From: Takakia lepidozioides
Taxonomy: Eukaryota > Plantae > Bryophyta
Assembly (NCBI GenBank): GCA_030704615.1
Contig: CM060734.1
Location: forward strand, 32,488,001-32,552,000
Reading direction: 5' to 3'
Length of the DNA stretch: 64,000 nucleotides
Below the pieces are notes generated by a model. The model saw nothing but the letters and a program-made list of their open reading frames with translations. It was not told where the DNA came from and did not search any database. Shown here piece after piece: positions 28,830-40,102 of the stretch. Within the stretch, counting starts at the first letter, position 1. Each line of letters starts with the position of its first letter. A program made the position numbers and the translations under genes.

Positions 28830-31645
28830 AAGGATCACAAGTGTGTCATCGCCTCAGGAACGTTGCCCTTTTCGGGGAACTTTTTGTGTTTCAGTTCCGA
28901 TGCGTTCCTTCCTTGGATTTCTTGTGGCTATCAACTACCATGGCTTTTAAGGCCACCTACTAACCCATGGATTCGCAAGAACCCGGCCTCAGTTTTTTAA
29001 ATTTTTCGTCTTTTGTGCCGGATCAATTGTAGCTGTAGTTCAACTGGTGCTGCTATGGTCTCTCCCCTTAACCTTTCTTCTGCTCACCTCTTGGAGTTGT
29101 GCCCAAGGCCAATCAATTTTTTTGGTAGATTCTTGACCTAGGTTCTCATTTTTTATTTATGTATAAAGACCTTCCGTTCGGCGTTTTGAAACCATCACCT
29201 CAATAGAACCCATTTGTCACCTCAACGACTATATTTTTACCTTCCGATCTTAAGTCTGGTTACCATCATTGACATGGGTGGTCCACCCCGCCTTTTGGAC
29301 CTATCTCGGTTTTGAATTTTAGGGGGATACACTATACTTTATGCGCGCTATCCTTTTGGCTTTAGCTACCGCATGCTAGTGCGTCACAAAACCCATGACA
29401 CAAATGGTTTCGTTTGTGGCGATCTCACGGTTTTCGGTGCATATCTTACCTAGAATGTTTTCTTTTCACACCTGCAGTCAACTTTGATTTTATGTCTACT
29501 CAATACCAAGTTTATTTTGGATCTCCAATCATTTGGTTTTCTAGTGGCTTAGAATAAATGTCAGTTACAGTGTTCTCACCAATCTAACTTTTTGGGTTTC
29601 CCTGTAGACACTTCAACTCCTTTTGGTCGTTTCTCGACAAAACTTGTCGAGAATAAATTAATCAATGCTATCCTCAGAAGGTCTTAAACTGTTCCAAGAT
29701 GCACCTCCTGACTCTTGGCTTCCATCCTAGGCATGTTATCTTCTATTGGCATTAGTTCTGTGGAACCCCCTTTGTCGATTACTGACCTTCCACCTTCATG
29801 CAATTTTGGTTGAATCTAGATTAGGTTGGGTGGGGTGTCGTGCGAGGGTTTCACTACTGTCACCACCAGTTGGCTCAGACTGAACGACTCCCACTTGGAT
29901 TTCTCTTTTGGACATTTAACTCAACTACAATCTGACCGATATGTGTGTCGTGTTGGTTTATCATGACTATAAGAATTTTCTGCTCATTTACTAGCGCAAG
30001 ATGTCACCGGTTCGGGGGCTTGGGGTTTGTTCAAAATCCACATAATATGAGCCACCCCCATTTTTGCACGGGTTTTTTTTAGTTTGAACAATCTCATGCT
30101 TCAACCCGCGGCCACTTGCGAAATTATTTGCATTTTTCTCTTTTTTAGATGCTCATGGTCACCTCCTTTCACAATCTTCTGTAGTGGCTAGGGGTGACTC
30201 ATTAAACGTCTTTCACATTATTTCGTCTGGAGGCTCTCGCCATTTACATCTGCATAATCTATGTTTTCAAGTTTTTCTTCCAAAAATTAAAGACTTCGAT
30301 AATTTCTCTCTCTCCCCCAATAATTTTGCTTTGATTGAATCTAAATAGGATCCCCATAATGTAGATAGATCTGCTAACCCCTTAAATACTCAACTTCCTC
30401 AATTCAATTCTTGGCATTGGGTTAAAGGTACAAGTCCCGATGGTTTCACACATAATGGAGGGCCTTACAAATCATTATTGTTTTTCTCATCCTATTTCTT
30501 CTTTAACCCTTAGGCATGCTTCCCGATGACATGCTTCTATGTCCCTGGTGGTTTTCAAATGGCAATCAACACCATGGTGGCCTCTCCTGCATGTCTCCAC
30601 GGATGTATGGGCCAATTTTATTACAAATTTCGGTGCTGACCATAACAACAAATTACGAGCAACATGGATGCTCTAAATCAGCCATTCTCGCAGTTGACAA
30701 GTTCAATATATGGTTTCCGTTGCGAATTCTAACCAAGGTATGTGTGTATATTTTTCAGATGTTATCGCTTCAACTCAATGGGCTACCACATCTCTTGTTG
30801 ATCCAGGGCTTCAGGCTTTGCTGCAAATGTTTTCAAACAATATTTTTAAAGTTCGCGCGCCCATCCACCTTGAAAACTTGCGCTAGTCCTTGGCATAATT
30901 TGAAAACGTGGTGTCAAACTAAGAATGTTTCCATCCTACCAGCTGATCCATTACTGATACGTCTTTACCTTACTAATTAACAAAAACATCGGACACACCT
31001 GCTTCGATTCTTCTGGCCTCTCTGCAATATTTTTCTTTCACTGTATCGTTAGTATGTCTTCTCCTACGAATCACCCATTGGTTCGCATTGCAAGAGAAGT
31101 GGCACGTCGAACGCTTGGCTTAGGAAGTAATATAAAGAAACCCATCTTACCTAAATTCAATGATGCGTTCCCATTCAGAAGCTTGCCCCAGCCAAACGTA
31201 ACCTCTTAAATCTTATGAGAGTGGTCACAATAACCCTATGTTTTCATGGCTTCCTTCGTGGGAGCGAAGTCCATCAGCTCATGTGGCATGAAATATTAAT
31301 TTTTTCTTCACATATCCAGCTATTTGTTCAGAAATCCAAGACTGATTAGTATAGAGCAGACACTTGGGTATTAGTTGCACGCATGACTGGTGATTGTTGT
31401 CATGTAGCACTGATGCCTATACAACCATAAATGGTTCTCAAGGTGGCCTCTTGCTACGAGGAATTACTGTTAGTAACCAAGAGAAATCTATGTGCTTACG
31501 ACGTTGTGGTATCTCTTATTCAACGCTTCGAGATTGGTTCAGGTGCACATAAAGCCCTAATGCCTTCTCACATGGTCCCTGCTGAGATAATCCTGTAAAC
31601 ATATCATTGAAAGATTCTAAAGCCCGGGACAATATTACATAGCCG
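28830..31645 (+). mobile_element. Degenerate DIRS/PAT-like tyrosine-recombinase retrotransposon: RT, RNase H, N6-adenine methyltransferase-like domain, YR
   Basis: RT: WISCGYQLPW (~28915), SPLGVVPKAN (~29085), DLKSGYHH.IDM (~29246), frameshifted ALPFGLATA (~29345). RNase H: SGGSRHLHLHNLCFQVF (~30225). Methyltransferase: VDRSANPLNTQLPQFNSWHW..G..DGFT (30361). YR: ARPSTLK..W..KTWC..LPADP..LYL, SAIFFFH..SPTNHPLVRIARE, FHGFLRGSE, KSKTD*YR, terminal Tyr ~31636. Many stops and frameshifts; the HxxR segment appears deleted. Confidence 0.88.
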
Positions 31646-31982
31646 AGGACATGCAATGTCCGGGGTTTTGTTCCTCAAAAAACCACGGGCCTGGGGTATC
31701 TTATGGAAACGTAAGGGAGCATTTTGTGGCCTTGCAAGTGAACCTTGGACCTGAGCCTGGGATAGTTTAGGAATCTTGTTTCATGGAGGGCGTCGACCTT
31801 TTGTCACCGGGACAGCGCTCTTAGAAGGAAACAAACCAATAGTGATATGATGATGCTGTGGAAAGACACAAGCTAGAGGTTTTGTGAAGGTGTTGGGGAT
31901 TGTGCCAGACATCATTTTGAAGGGAAAAAAAAGAAAAACTGATTATTTATTTATTTATTTGCCCCCCCCCCCCACCCCCCAC

Positions 31983-33517
31983 AATGTGCCAAATTAAGGT
32001 GTCGTAATTCCCAGCCCCTGTTAGAGCTTAATTCTAGCCCAGAAGACTAACCAGATTAAGCTGGCAGGTGAATTGTCATGTTCCAACAGGGGCTGGGAAT
32101 TAAGGTGTCGTTGTTGACGACACCTTAATCTGATACATTCGGAAGGGAAAAAAAAAAAAAAACTCAGTTTTGTTTTTTTTTTGTTTTTTTTTTTTTTCCC
32201 CCGAATGTGCCAGATTAAGGTGTCGTTGATGGATGAGACGACCTGAATCGGGTCGCCGGAAAATTTCGAATGAAATCAAGCCCTGAATGAAAAATGTAGG
32301 AAATTTAATTCTACGCCCCCCTCTGTTGATGGCACCCTAAAAACCCTACTGGACAGCCGACAAGATTTTTTTGGAAAGGGTGGGGGTACCCAAAAATCAG
32401 GGGTTTGGGACCCTCCAGCACGGTTGACTTTACCACGTGGCAGGCATATGGGGCTGGGTCGCGGCATTTGCCGGCGATGGGTATTAGCGGGGCTCCACAA
32501 AATGCGAGCAGACACAAAATAGCCCCCATGAGTTCATGGGTTTTCATGACGTAGCCCCTTTTTTTGGCCGGAATTATCTACCGGCTCAGGCAATACTTCG
32601 CCTGAGCTGGGATTCAAGTAGGAATTAAAATCTCTGCCTGCTTTTTGGTTAGAAATCAGAAATTCTCTTTGGAGGTAGTAGGAAATCATTCAAGGAACAA
32701 TTCCACCGTTGGAATTGTGGTTCCAATGCCAATTTGGACCCCTATGGCTGAATTACAGGTCAATTGAGGTAAATGGTGCTTTTTGACCCCACTGTTTTCC
32801 CATACAAAGCAACCCTATGCAGATTTTGGAATTGTGCTTTGCAAATTTGGAGCAAGATGCTTTAGGTGCTTGTGAATTGGAATGTGGTTGGGGTCTTGCA
32901 AAGAAAAATTATTTTTTTGGACCAACAGCCTGGTCAAACAAATTCTTCCCTCTAAAATTGGAGTACAATACAGATTTAGGGCTTACCATTTTGTTATAAT
33001 CTTACTAATGACATGGTAAAATGGGCTGGAATTTTTACAGCAGGTGCATGAGGTAGGTAGCCTTCCTTTCATACGGTTCGTCCCTGTGGATGTTTGTTAG
33101 CTGGGAGATATACCCACATCCGTGAGGGTATGTGCTGTTTTGGAGTGGGCCCACCAAAAACAGCCTTGTCCATTAGGGGTTAATTCCCAACCCCTGTTAG
33201 AGCTTAATTCCAGCCCAAAAGACCAACCAGATTAAGGTGACAGGTGATTTTTATTTTTCATTTTTTTTTTTCTCGAATGTGCTCGATGAAGGTGTCCTCT
33301 TAATTCTCAGCCCCGGTTGGAACATGACAATTCACCCCAGAAACAAAAAAAAACAATAAAAACTAAATAAAAGCCTTGGCGAGCATCCATGTTCGTAGAG
33401 GGAAACAAGCTCGGCATTAATTCCCAGCCCCTGTTGGAGCTTAATTCCAGCCCATAAGACCAGCCAAATTAAGGTGGCGTCAAGGTGGCGTCAACACCAC
33501 CTTAATTTGGTACATTC
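31983..33517. repeat. Second cluster of the fold-back repeat family
   Basis: A full unit lies at 31983-32140 (outer IR aatgtgccaaattaaggtgtcgt / acgacaccttaatctgatacatt; inner IR aattcccagcccctgttaga / tccaacaggggctgggaatt). Partial units lie at 32203-32227 and 33180-33517. Confidence 0.8.
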
Positions 33518-34289
33518 GTCTCCTCTCATCTCTCCCTCTTGTGGTCCGCGACAGAGGTGGATTTGTGCAAAACAGGGCTAGTATCTTTATAGACAGCTCT
33601 GCATCAGTTTTGGGCTCAAAATCAGTTAGTAGGGGGAAGTGCCTTTTCGGAATGACTCATTTGTTTTAATTTCTCATCCATCTTTTCTCATCTCATATTC
33701 ATCCATCGTTCATCCACTCCTTTCATCCAACTCCTTTTCAAAACACACTCAAACATCAATCAACCACTCTGCAATGTTGCTACCAACCCGCAGGCTCACT
33801 CTTAAGAAAAAAAGATCCCTTTTCGACGCTTGAAGCCCACGTTAATAGGGCTTCCAGCAGATATATGTCTGCGGCAATAGGACGAAAACTGTGAGTAGCA
33901 TGCCCCGGTTCAGGTTAGGGTGTGGATGTTGTAAGTGAGTTGTTTCCTCTCATATCCTGCATAGCCTCTCCAACCACTTCTGAACAACTAACACTATAAC
34001 CAATGCATGCATCAAACAAACACTCCGATTTCAATGTTTCCTAAAGAAACAAAAAAAAATTGAACCACAAGTCATGGCCCTTCCTCAAGATGGATGGCAG
34101 TGTACACCAGTTTACCAGCTAATACATTTTTAAATTACAAACAACTTCATGTAGATGGCCATGAGTTCTACATTTAATAATAGTATGGTGGATGGTGGCT
34201 GACACTCTATGTAAGAAGGTACCTTGCTCAGTTATAACATTATATATTCCATATCAACATATGAGGCTTTTAGGAATCCATCTGGATAA

Positions 34290-34875
34290 TGGGCCGGGAG
34301 TGGGTGGTAATAGCGTGTTTGGGAGAGCTCATACCTTATGGCGTATTTGGAAATCTAGGTGTGAATTTGTTTATAGAGGCACTACCCCTAGCATCAGAAA
34401 GGTCCTTGCTAGTATTTTCTCAGACCTGATGACTGAGGGGTGCAAGGCTTGGTTGTCTTTGCATGCAACAATTTCTAAATGTGGAGAAAGGATCTCGGCC
34501 TTCGATGAGTCCTGCGGCAAAAATGGTTGCATTTGCACTTGCTTTTTGGATTCGAGAATCACTTGGAACTATGCCATCCCCTATTCATGGAAAATCGCCA
34601 GCTGATGGTGATGAGGCAAAAATCAATTGGCGCATCGCAAGCTTCGGCTCCCTCGCTTTAAGACTCACTTGGATTTTGGGATTAAGCCTTAGCTCCATCT
34701 TGGTCCTCCCTCTTTTCTTCTCTTAGCTTCTCTCCCCAAATTCATTGCTTTCGTTTTCTCCCTCTATTTCTCCCCTTTCTCTCTTCTGGTTAGGGAGGTT
34801 ATCAGTGCGTCTTGCGCCTTCACGGCCCCGGTGGTTATTTTTTCCACTTGTAATCCCCTTTTTCCATCAATAAAT
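34290..34875 (+). mobile_element. 5'-truncated L1-type LINE tail (ORF2 C-terminus plus 3' UTR)
   Basis: LWRIWKSRCEFVY...F...G...ITWNYAIPYSW* matches the post-zf-RVT C-terminus of plant L1 ORF2. A pyrimidine-rich UTR and aataaa (~34869) follow. Confidence 0.65.
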
Positions 34876-35069
34876 TCCAGGGCTGATCATACATACCATG
34901 TGACCTATGCAATAAATGTTCTATAAATGATGTTTTTTTTTTTTTTTTTTTTTTTGGCCTCGTTATCACGTGCTCTCGACATGTACCATTAAGAATGCAA
35001 AAATGGTTGCTAATACTCCTTTTGATTGAACTACGGTAAAATAGGAACTGCAATTATATAGATATATAA

Positions 35070-35830
35070 GGAAAACACTGAGAGCGACCACTCACAAATC
35101 AGGCCCCTTAATTACAGAGAGAGGATAAAGATAAAGATAAAGAGAAAATAACCTCTTTCAAAGTAACCTCCATGAGATGGTAGCTCAGTTGGATAGTGCC
35201 ACTTACTCGATTCTAGGCTCAAATCCTTGTGGGGTGTGGTGATAACCTTCGCACCAGTGTTTTTAAATCTGGCGAAAAATCGCCAGATTTCGACCTGGAA
35301 AATGGGTCAGCTACTTTTATTAAGGAATTATGGGAGCAAATTTAATTAAAAAAATTGCCAAAAAGCGCCAAGGGTCAAATATCAGGAGCCAGATTTGTCC
35401 TACGTGGATATTTAAATATGACACCTGTAATATAGCCTCTTTTCCAGCTCTGTCACCTCGTTATTCTCGTCACATGGGCGCTGGGTAGAATCTACATGCC
35501 CCCTTGCCTGCGATTTTGAGAAGTGAAAAAGAAAACAGTGCTTCTCGCCCTTCCCTTGGGCATATAAACTTTGACGGATGTTCACTGTATGAATAACAAA
35601 TTGGTAGCTCAGTTGGATAGACCACCGAGTGCCACCCAAGTGATTCTGGATTCAAATCTTGCTACCTTGTCGGGTGTGGTATAATCTTCTCCCCTTTCCC
35701 TTAGGCAATGTCCCTTGAGCCTTGTGCTTGGCGCCTCATGGCGAGGTTACTATGAAAGAGGTTATTTTCACCTCTCACTATAATTAAGGGGCCTAATTTG
35801 TGAGCTGTCGGTCCGACCGGGTATTTCCCT
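35070..35830. mobile_element. Non-autonomous MULE-like element with ~110-bp TIRs, containing two tRNA-derived SINE-like heads and a hAT-like fragment
   Basis: The left end ggaaaacactgagagcgaccactcacaaatcaggccccttaatt..aaaataacctctttcaaagtaacctc is the inverse of the right end gaggttactatgaaagaggttatttt..aattaaggggcctaatttgtgagc..gtatttccc. A-box tagctcagttgg plus B-box-like sequences occur at ~35180 and ~35605, and cagtgtttttaaatctggcgaa at ~35254. No clear TSD. Confidence 0.65.
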
Positions 35831-37642
35831 TTAAAATAAAAACTAAAAACAAAACAAAATAGAAAAGATCATAAATTTTTTGTGGGCTGCAACTTGAAAC
35901 TCAACCAATGATGCAGAGGTCCGAAACACTTCACAACCTCTATCGAATTTCCAATTAAAAAGACATCATGAAATTCTCACATAATCTACCTTATGCGACA
36001 TGTAGCTCGCATATCACAAAATTTTCAGAATTGTTGGGCGATCATTTGGGCATGTACTCACATTTCCGCATGTTAAAACAACTTCTCAAAACGCATGATT
36101 ACCAGGCTGTCCCCTGAATGCAAGGAACCCTTGATCAACCTCTAATTTCACAGCAGCCCTATGTTTTGGGGGGGGGCTCATCCACCAATGACTCAGGGTG
36201 ATGTTGTCTTAATTGTAGGCCCTGCAAGGGCGGGCCCGCTGAACCCACGGGCGAACTCAAGCTACCTTGGGGCAGCCGGGCACACATTCGGGCAGCGGGC
36301 ACAGAATCTCTCAATATATTCTGATGTGGTTTCAAGATATTTTGAAGTTAAGCAGCCATAACTTTCTTTCTCTTTTGCCAATGAAGCTTGGGCAAGAGGA
36401 TTCAGAAAGTTTGCAAGGCTACAATCTCCTTGTTGCCGGCTCCCCAACAAGGAGATTAAGGTTAAGGTTGTTTGAAAAACAAAGTTTGTGACCCAATACC
36501 CCCAAAATGGGACGGACCAGTAATTGAGAGAAGACTCTGACCGCATCCGGCCTAAGTAAGAGCCACTGTGCCTTTTGGCTACTATTCCTTTGAGAGGGGG
36601 CATGCGGAGTGGTCCCTCGGTAATTGTTATGCTTTGGGGATACTTTTCAGCAAGCAATAAGAAAGGGTTAACACAAATACCCATTTACACACATCTATCT
36701 GCGCACTTATCTCAGGTCATCTTATAATATTTTTCCAGGAAAAAGCCCTAATCAAACACAATAAGAATGGATTGTCGTCGAGTCTCTAATCCACCATCTA
36801 TCAGCTACAGACCTCACAATTCATCTAAGTTATATACATTTCATCCAACCTTGAACCTGTACACACACCCAATGAACTAAGGGTGAATTTATTATCAGAC
36901 TACGGACCAAGACCAAAAACCCTCGGGACCAAATTGTGCCATATCTTGTCCGTATATTCATATTAAATTATTAGATTTTACGGACCAAAGTTGGTGTGTG
37001 TCCCTGAGGCATTGGGACCAAGACCAAATGCATAATGAGGTGTATCATCTCTTTCCCACTCAACCTTCAAGATGGATCATGACTTTTGTAAAAGGGATTG
37101 TTTCTATGGGGTTGGTTCTGGAATTCGGTTGTCAATAGAATGAAAACAATTAGAGTGTTGGAATCTGTGTGATAACAAGTTACTTGGGTTGCGTTAGCAT
37201 ATTTTAAGAATACCTAGTTTTGGAGATGTGGTCAACAGAAATCTGGGGATTCCACATATGAAACCAGTCTTGATACTATAAATGGCAGCTCATTTATTAA
37301 GAATAAAAATAAAAATAAAAATAAAAACTGGAGGTTCTCACATTGATCATAAGAAAATCTAAGATTGATAATCTATGGGTAACCAGAGTCAAGACGTCAA
37401 GAGTCAAGACCTATTGACCAAATAAAAACAGGTACTATTTATAGCTGATAAGTTTTTTTTCTCTCTCTTTTTTTATTTTTTTATTTTTTTATTTTATTTT
37501 ATAAGTGAATCTGAAAAGTTATGTTGAAAAAAAAATCAAATAGGGCCACTGTCAAAGAGAGAGATGACGCCAACCGCAGTTAGTGTAAATAAGAGCCTCT
37601 TCCCCTTGCGGGTAGTGCTCCCTTTTGGCCTGGGGCTCTATA

Positions 37643-38380
37643 CCCTCCCTGGACAATCGTTTAGGCATTTTTCCCCCTAATAATAAAATCAATCAATCAG
37701 AAAATTAGGCATGTTTTGAAAACTATTTCTCAAATTAGGCATCTTCATGCTATAATTTTTTAGAATTAGGCACCTCAGAAGAGAAAACATTTATTTTCTT
37801 AAGAATAAAATTACAAAATAGACACCCAATGTCCATGGGCCCTTCTAGGCTCCAGCTACCTTTCATTTCCTTTGAAACCCTAAAAATGCCCCTCTTTGTT
37901 GTAAGCGGTGCTCCAAGGCTCAAGCTGCTACAGGCAAGCTCTCCCTTCGCTCTCACACTGTAAGTGAGTTCAATATTGGTAGTCCACACTAGTGTAGGCA
38001 CGTTGGTACAGGGCTTTCGTACATTGGTCATTGGGTAGGCCTTTGATACATTGGTCATTGCGTAAGCTGGTTTTCATATTGGTATGCTGGTGCATGGTGA
38101 AACCTCTTACCTAATGGTACTCTTGAGTTGTGGTAGGCTGGTAGGCTAGTTATTTCCGCACACATATATTTGTATTCATTTTAGTTCAAAGAAATTTTGA
38201 TCTAATTACAAACAACATAAGAAGAGGCTTGCAAGTTTTTGGGTGGAAATTTTGGGCATTAGGCACTTTGGTCCCATAATTTCCCAGCAATTAGGCCAAA
38301 ATCTGAAAAATTCACAGAATTGATTAGGTGAGCACTTTCATTTTGAATTAATTATCGCCTAAAGGGTTGTCCAGGGATGG
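37643..38380. mobile_element. Tc1/mariner (Stowaway-like) MITE with TA flanks
   Basis: ta|ccctccctggacaatcgtttaggc ... gcctaaagggttgtccagggatgg|ta forms a ~24-bp imperfect TIR with TA on both sides. Confidence 0.7.
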
Positions 38381-39102
38381 TATCCAGTGTCGAATTAAAT
38401 AACCTAGTAAAAGCCTGATTATGAAAAATAACTGCAAGATAGTAGTAGGCTGGCCCTACCTTTCCTTTTCAAAGTCATTGTAATGCAGTTGTCCGCGCTG
38501 TTGACTCGTTCATCCGGTTACAAAGTTGATAGAGGGATGTGGTGTAGTAAGCGACTTGCCCGCATCGTTGATTATTGGAATCAAGAAAGTGACATCGAAC
38601 CGAATACTTCGTGGTGGGACGGCGACATTCTCCGCTAAGTGTGAGGACAACCCATTTTGGGGACCTTGTGATACAATGTTTAGCTTATAAGATTCCGGTA
38701 ACGGCAAGCCTACCAAGTGTTGTCGGGTATACAAACCACAAACCCCGGGCACGCACATCATGCAAGCCAAGACATCATTGACTCCAGCAAGTTGGGACGG
38801 TATATATTATTATATATCATCAAAAATTTAAAATCAATTTAATTTTTCAACAGAATTTTGTAATACCGCTTGAGGCTCTTTGGAATGACACATGGCCGCT
38901 GCTCATTAGGGCTTATGGCTCGGGCATACCAAAATACATTGTACGGATCCTAGAACCCACAATGCTCCATTGTTCAACTCCTAACTTTCTCATAAGCTTG
39001 TTGCAAAAAGGAAAAGGATTACATATTTGGATTCCAGCCCCAAAGTTGTGTGGACCCGGGATGGATTTGGACCGTACAAGAAATATGGACGGTGCGCCGA
39101 CT

Positions 39103-39278
39103 GAGATCCCTCAAAGCCTACGTAACTAAGAGCCACTTTTCATGGATGAGATCCATCAAAGCCGACGAAACCAAGAGCCACTTTCCATGGATGAGATCCA
39201 TCAAAGCCGACATAACTAAGAGCCACCTTTCATGGATGAGATCCATAAAAGCCGATGTAACTAGGAGCCACTTTCCAT
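39103..39278. repeat. Minisatellite, ~4 x 45 bp
   Basis: gagatccatcaaagccgac..aactaagagccactttc catggat-like units start at 39103, 39148, 39193 and 39238. Confidence 0.92.
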
Positions 39279-39282
39279 TTAA

Positions 39283-40102
39283 CCCTTAAGTTCCCAAGCC
39301 CTTTTTTGACTTTTTACCAATTTTGGGTACCAAGCTGCAGTAGATTGCTCCTAGAAACCTACCAAAAATCATCCAGAGATTCCAGCCTTATAGCAATGGG
39401 CCCAGCTCATTTATGCATGACATACCAAAAAATGAGCCAAGTCCACCGTGGAAATTGTGAGATTATAGCGTTGGCCTGGACCTCAAATATCAGGTCCCAA
39501 AGAAAAAGTGAGAAAGAAATAGGTTTGACCAAATCTAAACCTAGCTTTCTCCAATTTTGCTTGCCCCAAGACCCACCATTTCCAAATCAATAGTGGAGTG
39601 GGCTATGACCCCACTAAATTGCAGGTCCAACTGATTTTTTCACCTATGGTTGCTATGCATGGAATTGCATGGGGGTTGAAATCTCAAAATTGACAAGAGA
39701 AAATGTGTCTCCAAATGAAGTACTTTTTTTTCTACAAATTTTTTAAAACCCAATGGTGGATGTGTGTATGTAATGCTCACACACCACATGGTGAAGTGCT
39801 TTTTCCAAGATTGCTAATTTTCTGCCAAAAATGGCCTTTGGAGTGCAATCTGTTTTGGGCTTGTTTACCTGCCACATCAGCGGTCAACAAGCCCTTTTCA
39901 GGCCTCAAAACGTAAATGAGAGATCTAAGATATTTTTTGCAGGTCGTAGCTTTTGTTTTTTTTTAATTTTAATTTTTGCATCATACTCGAGACAAATCCC
40001 TTGTCATTAAAGCTTCAGGAGTGGGCCCCATCAGATCTGCAAAAATTAGGTCGAACTGCAAATTCAAAGTGACCCGATTCAGGTCGCTTGGGAACTTAAG
40101 GG
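39283..40102. mobile_element. piggyBac-type non-autonomous DNA transposon, 820 bp
   Basis: TTAA(39279-82)|CCCTTAAGTTCCCAAGC ... GCTTGGGAACTTAAGGG|TTAA(40103-06). The 17-bp TIR is perfect, the termini are CCC/GGG, and there is no transposase ORF. Confidence 0.75.

Noticed and set aside
39103-39278. CRISPR-like array (also considered for the fold-back units at 21.4-21.8 and 32-33.5 kb)
   Set aside because: The units are contiguous with no unique spacers, there are no cas genes, and the context is spliceosomal eukaryotic DNA.
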